From IMG/VR virus record IMGVR_UViG_2921473944_000002, positions 32,001-96,000 of that record: a stretch of DNA of 64,000 nucleotides; one strand, written 5' to 3'. A program made the translations under genes and the position numbers. The notes beneath the pieces are model-generated. The model did not search any database and was not told the origin of the DNA. It saw only the letters and a list, made by a program, of their open reading frames with translations. This DNA comes from a virus. Taxonomy: Duplodnaviria > Caudoviricetes. The stretch's first letter is position 1, and each line of letters opens with the position of its first letter. Below, one piece after another: positions 59,301 to 64,000 of the stretch.

Positions 59301-59713
59301 TAAGTGCGTTTAGAGGAAAATATTATTTTTTAAGCAATTTTTATGCAGCTCCTGTGGTGTGGGACGGTGTTTCTTATAAGAATAATGAAGCTGCGTTTCA
59401 ATCTGCTAAAGTAGGAAGAGAGTACAGGCAGGAATTTGCAGAGTTAACCGCTTCAGAAGCTAAGAAATTAGGTAGGAAGGTTCCGCTTAGACCAGACTGG
59501 GAGAACGTTAAGGAAAGAATTATGTATGAGATTTGCCTTGCTAAATTCTCCCAGAATGAAGAACTCAAAGAAAAATTACTTTTAACAGGAGAATGTGCCT
59601 TAGAAGAAGGTAATACATGGGGTGACAAAGTATGGGGAACGGTGAATGGTGAAGGAGAAAATAAACTTGGAAAGATTCTGATGAAAATACGGGAGGAACT
59701 AAGACATGAGTAA
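59297..59713 (+). CDS. NADAR family protein
   Basis: FLSNFY, EAAFQSAK, KFSQN, WG...GENKLGKILM. Confidence 0.9.
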   Translation: MISAFRGKYYFLSNFYAAPVVWDGVSYKNNEAAFQSAKVGREYRQEFAELTASEAKKLGRKVPLRPDWENVKERIMYEICLAKFSQNEELKEKLLLTGECALEEGNTWGDKVWGTVNGEGENKLGKILMKIREELRHE

Positions 59714-60719
59714 ATTTAATGCAAAGGCAGTAAAAGATGACATCGTAAAATGGATTAGAGAATTCTTTGAGCAGAATGGTAAAGGATGTAGTGCTGTAGT
59801 CGGGATTTCCGGAGGAAAGGATTCCAGTGTGGTTGCAGCTTTGTGCGTAGAAGCTCTTGGCAAAGATAAGGTTTTCGGAGTGCTTATGCCGAATGGGGAG
59901 CAAGTTGATATTGACACATCGTATTCTCTAGTAAAGCATCTCGGGATTGACTATTGTGTGGTTAATATTCATGAAGCAATTAGATCACTGAAGCATGAGA
60001 TCAAACCGCAGCTCGGAGATCATTGGTCTGTACAGACTTCTGTAAATCTTCCGGCAAGAATTAGAATGGCTACATTGTATGCAGTATCTCAAACAATCGG
60101 TGGGAGAGTCGCCAATACCTGCAATTTATCAGAAGATTGGGTTGGATATGCTACGAGATATGGAGACGGAGCCGGGGACTTTAGTCCGTTATCAAAGCTC
60201 ACTGTAACTGAAGTTAAAGCAATCGGACGTGAGCTTGGTCTTCCAGAAGAATTAGTTGAAAAGGTTCCTACAGATGGTCTGTGTGGTCATACGGACGAAG
60301 ATAACCTTGGATTTACATATGCAGTTCTGGACAGATACATTAGAACCAGTGAAATCGATGATATGCATACAAAAGAAAGAATTGATACCATGCATAAAAA
60401 GAATTTGTTCAAGTTGGCTCTTATGCCGTCGTTTGAATACACAAATCCTGTAGAAACAGTAGTGTTAGATGGTAAGCAGACTGGATATGGTATCGTAAGT
60501 GAGTATATTAAAAAATACTGGGAACATCACTGCACTGAAGACGTGATTGTATCAATCGAAATATCCAGAGACGGGAAGAATTACGAACGTCTTAATGAAG
60601 TCGCAAGCCCATACGATATGTATGATGTAGAATATTTAAACGATTGGTGGGAAGGCGAGAAATATATCAGGGTAACAGATATACAAGGCATATCCGATAT
60701 AAAAATCAAGAAATTATAG
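59706..60719 (+). CDS. nadE: NH3-dependent NAD+ synthetase with ~90-aa C-terminal extension
   Basis: GISGGKDS, NLPARIRM, GYATRYGDG, KVPTDGL, TDEDNLG. Confidence 0.88.
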   Translation: MSKFNAKAVKDDIVKWIREFFEQNGKGCSAVVGISGGKDSSVVAALCVEALGKDKVFGVLMPNGEQVDIDTSYSLVKHLGIDYCVVNIHEAIRSLKHEIKPQLGDHWSVQTSVNLPARIRMATLYAVSQTIGGRVANTCNLSEDWVGYATRYGDGAGDFSPLSKLTVTEVKAIGRELGLPEELVEKVPTDGLCGHTDEDNLGFTYAVLDRYIRTSEIDDMHTKERIDTMHKKNLFKLALMPSFEYTNPVETVVLDGKQTGYGIVSEYIKKYWEHHCTEDVIVSIEISRDGKNYERLNEVASPYDMYDVEYLNDWWEGEKYIRVTDIQGISDIKIKKL

Positions 60720-60731
60720 AAAGGAACAATT

Positions 60732-60965
60732 ATGGACACATCAGCACTTGCGAAAGGAATGAAGAAGTATGAAGCAGTGCCGAAGAATACGTTAATGAGA
60801 AGAACGCCCGTAATCATCAGAGTTGATGGTCGGGCGTTTCATATTAAAAGAAAAATACTGATTATAAGAACAAGATGGGTTATTGATACAGAGATTCCAA
60901 TCTTTAAAGGAGAGGGCAGAGATTATATCGACAGATTAGTGTGTATTGGAGGTGTTGAAAATTGA
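60732..60965 (+). pseudogene. Internally deleted tRNA(His) guanylyltransferase (Thg1-like) remnant
   Basis: MKKYE...PVIIRVDGRAFH N-terminus joined directly to a W.ID.EIPIF C-terminus in 77 aa. Confidence 0.6.
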
Positions 60966-61312
60966 AATGGCTTGAAGCAAAAGATAAAGCAAAAGACAAA
61001 GTATGGGCTTTCTTAGAATTACGTCCGACAGGTAAAGTTTTGACGAAAGAACAGTATGATTACGCAATGTATTATGCCAAGCATACAGGAATTGATTGCA
61101 GCTATGTAAGATCGTTTGAAGAAGAGAAGGGGAAATATCTGCGACTGGGTAGCTGGTTTGGCGGTGCATCATATTACTTTTTCTTCGGAGATCAGCCGGA
61201 AGGCATTATCGAGACGGCTGTTACAAATGAATGGAAAGTTATTGAAACTTTCAAAGAATATTACGAGGATTTTTCTTATGGTAAATTAGGGAAAATCGAA
61301 TTTGATGAGTAG
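60962..61312 (+). CDS. Hypothetical protein
   Basis: GGAGG RBS. Confidence 0.55.
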   Translation: MKWLEAKDKAKDKVWAFLELRPTGKVLTKEQYDYAMYYAKHTGIDCSYVRSFEEEKGKYLRLGSWFGGASYYFFFGDQPEGIIETAVTNEWKVIETFKEYYEDFSYGKLGKIEFDE

Positions 61313-61783
61313 GTGATACATATGAAATGTAAGCAATGTGAAGGAAAAGGAATGATTGGTCTTGGAGTAGGAATCAGAGGGGTAACAAAATGTCCAGTAT
61401 GTAATGGCAAAGGCGAGGTTCCGGATAATTCTACTACAAAGGTAGCTGTTATATTCGATAGATGGTTCATCGCGCCAGACGAATTAAATGAATTCTGTCA
61501 AAGTATCGGGTACGAAAACCCGGATTACCCAAACGACTTTGATTTAATGTTTGACCCAAGAGTTGTTCAATTTTGTCAGCAGAATTTGACTAGATTATGG
61601 GGAGAACATGTATACAGAGGACGAGAAAGCTGCGATTTCAGATGTGGTTTTGCAGGAGCTGGCTATATCAGACAAATAGATACATCTAAGACATGGAGAT
61701 TGTCTTACAATCATGTGGACGCTCCGGTGATTGACTATGTGCAGGTTAGCACGAATAAATACGGATACCTTTCCGTATTATAA
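61313..61783 (+). CDS. Hypothetical protein with N-terminal CxxCxGxG Zn finger
   Basis: CKQCEGKG...CPVCNGKG. Confidence 0.6.
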   Translation: MIHMKCKQCEGKGMIGLGVGIRGVTKCPVCNGKGEVPDNSTTKVAVIFDRWFIAPDELNEFCQSIGYENPDYPNDFDLMFDPRVVQFCQQNLTRLWGEHVYRGRESCDFRCGFAGAGYIRQIDTSKTWRLSYNHVDAPVIDYVQVSTNKYGYLSVL

Positions 61784-61793
61784 GGAGGAATTT

Positions 61794-62993
61794 ATGATTT
61801 ACTTAGATAACTCAGCAACAACTCCGATTCACCCGGATGTGCTCAATGCTATGATGCCATACTTAAAGGGTGGATATGGGAATGCGGGGGCTGTTTATAG
61901 GATTGGACGAGAATCTGCAAAAGCTATTCAGAAAGCAAGAGAGCAGGTTGCTCAGTTATTTAATGCTTCCGCCGATCAGATTGTATTTACATCTGGAGGA
62001 AGCGAAGGAAACAATATGGTGTTCTCATACGGCATGAGATGTATGCTTGAAGAGCTGGGAAAGAAACATGTTGTGATTTCTCAGATTGAACATGATTCAG
62101 TGTATGAAGCAGCGACGCACATGTTCAAACAATCTGGGAATGTGAATATAAAAGACGACTTTTATACACAGTTTATACATACAAAAAGAGACGGGACGGT
62201 CGATGTAGAGCATTTAGAGTCATTATTAGACGAAGATGCCAACATCGGTCTCGTATCGGTAATGTATGTAAATAATGAAACAGGAGCTGTAAATCCTATA
62301 AATCGCATAGGCGAAATGTGTAAGGAAAGAGGAATATTGTTTCATACAGATTGTGTACAGGCAGCAGGATGCCACGTAATTGATGTTAATACGATTGGTT
62401 GCGATTATGCAACCATATCCGGTCATAAGATTTATGCTCCTAAAGGAATTGGCGCTATATATATAAGAGACAGTAAACTTGCTCGATCACTTGTATACGG
62501 TGGTGCTAATCAGGAATTCGGGTTCCGTGGAGGTACTGAGAATGTTGCAAGTATCGTAGGTCTTGGCAAGTCATGTGATATGATTTGTTCAGATTTCGGC
62601 GCGCAGAGAGTGGCGGTGTCTTTATTAAAGCGGCTATTTTATGAAAATATAGTCTCCGGTCTGAAGTCCAGTGGCTTAGACGAGAGAGTCCATGTTAATG
62701 GTGCGGCAGCAGGCGATGTTGGGAAGACATTGAATTTAAGAATCGAGAATATTGATAGCGAGACTTTGGTTCTAATGTTAGATGCGAAAGGAGTATGCAT
62801 ATCTGCCGGGTCTGCGTGTCATAGTCATGAGTCACAGCCTAGCAGAGTTTTAACATCTATGGGGCTTTCGGACGATGAAGCGAGAGACTCTGTTAGAATT
62901 TCGTTTTCATCTGCAAATACACCGGAAGAAGTCGAGGAAGCTGCTGCAATATTTTCTTCATGTGTCAAAGCATTAGCCGGATTGCAGAGGTAA
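61794..62993 (+). CDS. IscS/NifS-type cysteine desulfurase
   Basis: YLDNSATT, FTSGGSE, NNETG, SGHK, SAGSAC. Confidence 0.9.
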   Translation: MIYLDNSATTPIHPDVLNAMMPYLKGGYGNAGAVYRIGRESAKAIQKAREQVAQLFNASADQIVFTSGGSEGNNMVFSYGMRCMLEELGKKHVVISQIEHDSVYEAATHMFKQSGNVNIKDDFYTQFIHTKRDGTVDVEHLESLLDEDANIGLVSVMYVNNETGAVNPINRIGEMCKERGILFHTDCVQAAGCHVIDVNTIGCDYATISGHKIYAPKGIGAIYIRDSKLARSLVYGGANQEFGFRGGTENVASIVGLGKSCDMICSDFGAQRVAVSLLKRLFYENIVSGLKSSGLDERVHVNGAAAGDVGKTLNLRIENIDSETLVLMLDAKGVCISAGSACHSHESQPSRVLTSMGLSDDEARDSVRISFSSANTPEEVEEAAAIFSSCVKALAGLQR

Positions 62994-63026
62994 TATTTTA
63001 ATGATAAAATAAAGGAGGTACGCTGC

Positions 63027-63425
63027 ATGGATATATTAGGAACTCAGATTGATTTTAGCTTTTTAAGTTCATCTGATAAGAAATGGATTATAGATACAGC
63101 TAATGATGTATTAAAGAATAATCCAGATGTAGACAAAGCACGTATATGCCAGATATTGTACAGTTATCTGGCTTTACGTCATATAACTAAAGGTCGAAAT
63201 GTGAAAGTAGGATATAAGTTGTTTGAACCGTCAAAAAATATGGGGTATATCAGTGTCATAGGACGAAGAGTTGACTATCATGATAGCAAGGTATTTAGAA
63301 CAGTGACATCATTTGCAACAAATTTTGAGGTGTATCCAAAAACAAACGGGACAGTGCAACTTAATTTCACGTTTCACAAATTAAGAAAGAAACGAGGAGA
63401 TGGTTGCGATGGAAAGTGCAGTTAA
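63027..63425 (+). CDS. Hypothetical protein
   Basis: AGGAGG RBS. Confidence 0.6.
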   Translation: MDILGTQIDFSFLSSSDKKWIIDTANDVLKNNPDVDKARICQILYSYLALRHITKGRNVKVGYKLFEPSKNMGYISVIGRRVDYHDSKVFRTVTSFATNFEVYPKTNGTVQLNFTFHKLRKKRGDGCDGKCS

Positions 63426-63768
63426 ATGTTTTGATGTAGTAAATATGGTAGTTGAGGAGGCAAGTGAGCAGTTCAAACCAATATGGAGAGTTGATAACGA
63501 AAAGTTGGATATTCTTCATGAATATTGCGATGCAATAGATGGAATTTTAAAGGAATTTGATGGCGATTCGATTGATGTGGATATTGATGAGATCAAGATG
63601 ACAATTAATATTACCATTGAGTGTGAGGATTTAACAATAGAATCAAAAGAACATCAGTTCCATCAGCTTGTTGAGAGAGCTGTGAAATTTGGTTTCTCTA
63701 AATCGAAAGAAAGAGAAGCGATGTGTGTTAATTTCGTATTTCCGAGTGTATGGGACAAGGCGATGTAG
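63409..63768 (+). CDS. Hypothetical protein
   Basis: GAGGAG RBS. Confidence 0.6.
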   Translation: MESAVKCFDVVNMVVEEASEQFKPIWRVDNEKLDILHEYCDAIDGILKEFDGDSIDVDIDEIKMTINITIECEDLTIESKEHQFHQLVERAVKFGFSKSKEREAMCVNFVFPSVWDKAM

Positions 63769-63784
63769 GCTGGAGGTAACCTGC

Positions 63785-64000
63785 ATGAATAATAAACGGC
63801 GTGAACTGTTAAAAGATGCAACAGATTTACTTGGCAGAGCGTCCAATATGGTACAAAGGGCATTGGATGACGAACAGGACTGTTTGGATAATATGCCAGA
63901 AAATTTATTGGATAGTGAAAGATGTCAGAAGATGGAAGATGCGATAGATAGATTAGAGGAGGCTTTAGATCAGATGGAGAGCGCAAAAGACTGTATCGGA
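63785..64000 (+). CDS. Hypothetical protein, truncated by the window end
   Basis: MNNKRRELLKDATDLL... after a GGAGG RBS. Confidence 0.55.
   Translation, partial: MNNKRRELLKDATDLLGRASNMVQRALDDEQDCLDNMPENLLDSERCQKMEDAIDRLEEALDQMESAKDCIG

Overview
This window is a 64-kb segment of a large tailed phage or prophage, probably infecting a Firmicute (Clostridia-like; AGGAGG RBSs, sigma-A promoters). Left arm (1-17.05 kb, minus strand): head morphogenesis and packaging genes (major capsid, decoration, protease/scaffold, portal, terminase), an HU-like protein, a tyrosine recombinase, tRNA-Tyr, a YonO-like single-subunit RNA polymerase and an SF2-type helicase. A divergent control region (17.05-20.15 kb) holds a perfect sigma-A promoter bracketed by 19-bp boxes, an HTH regulator, a 59-bp tandem array and a long structured non-coding stretch. 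The right arm (plus strand) is an accessory/counter-defence region. It contains a hammerhead ribozyme, a ubiquitin-like conjugation gene set (Ubl, E2-like, JAB, E1), RNase H, tRNA-Ile2, an IS4-like element, a DNA ligase and a Pnkp RNA-repair gene split by an internal inversion. It also has a Ca2+ P-type ATPase/TerD/PspA cluster, tmRNA, an extended NAD+ rebuilding operon and a cysteine desulfurase. The most striking observation is a single retron-like reverse transcriptase with five dispersed ~250-280-nt msr/msd-like ncRNA units. These share a covarying structural scaffold but carry unrelated template (msd) sequences. All calls come from reading the sequence and recognising motifs; no searches were run.
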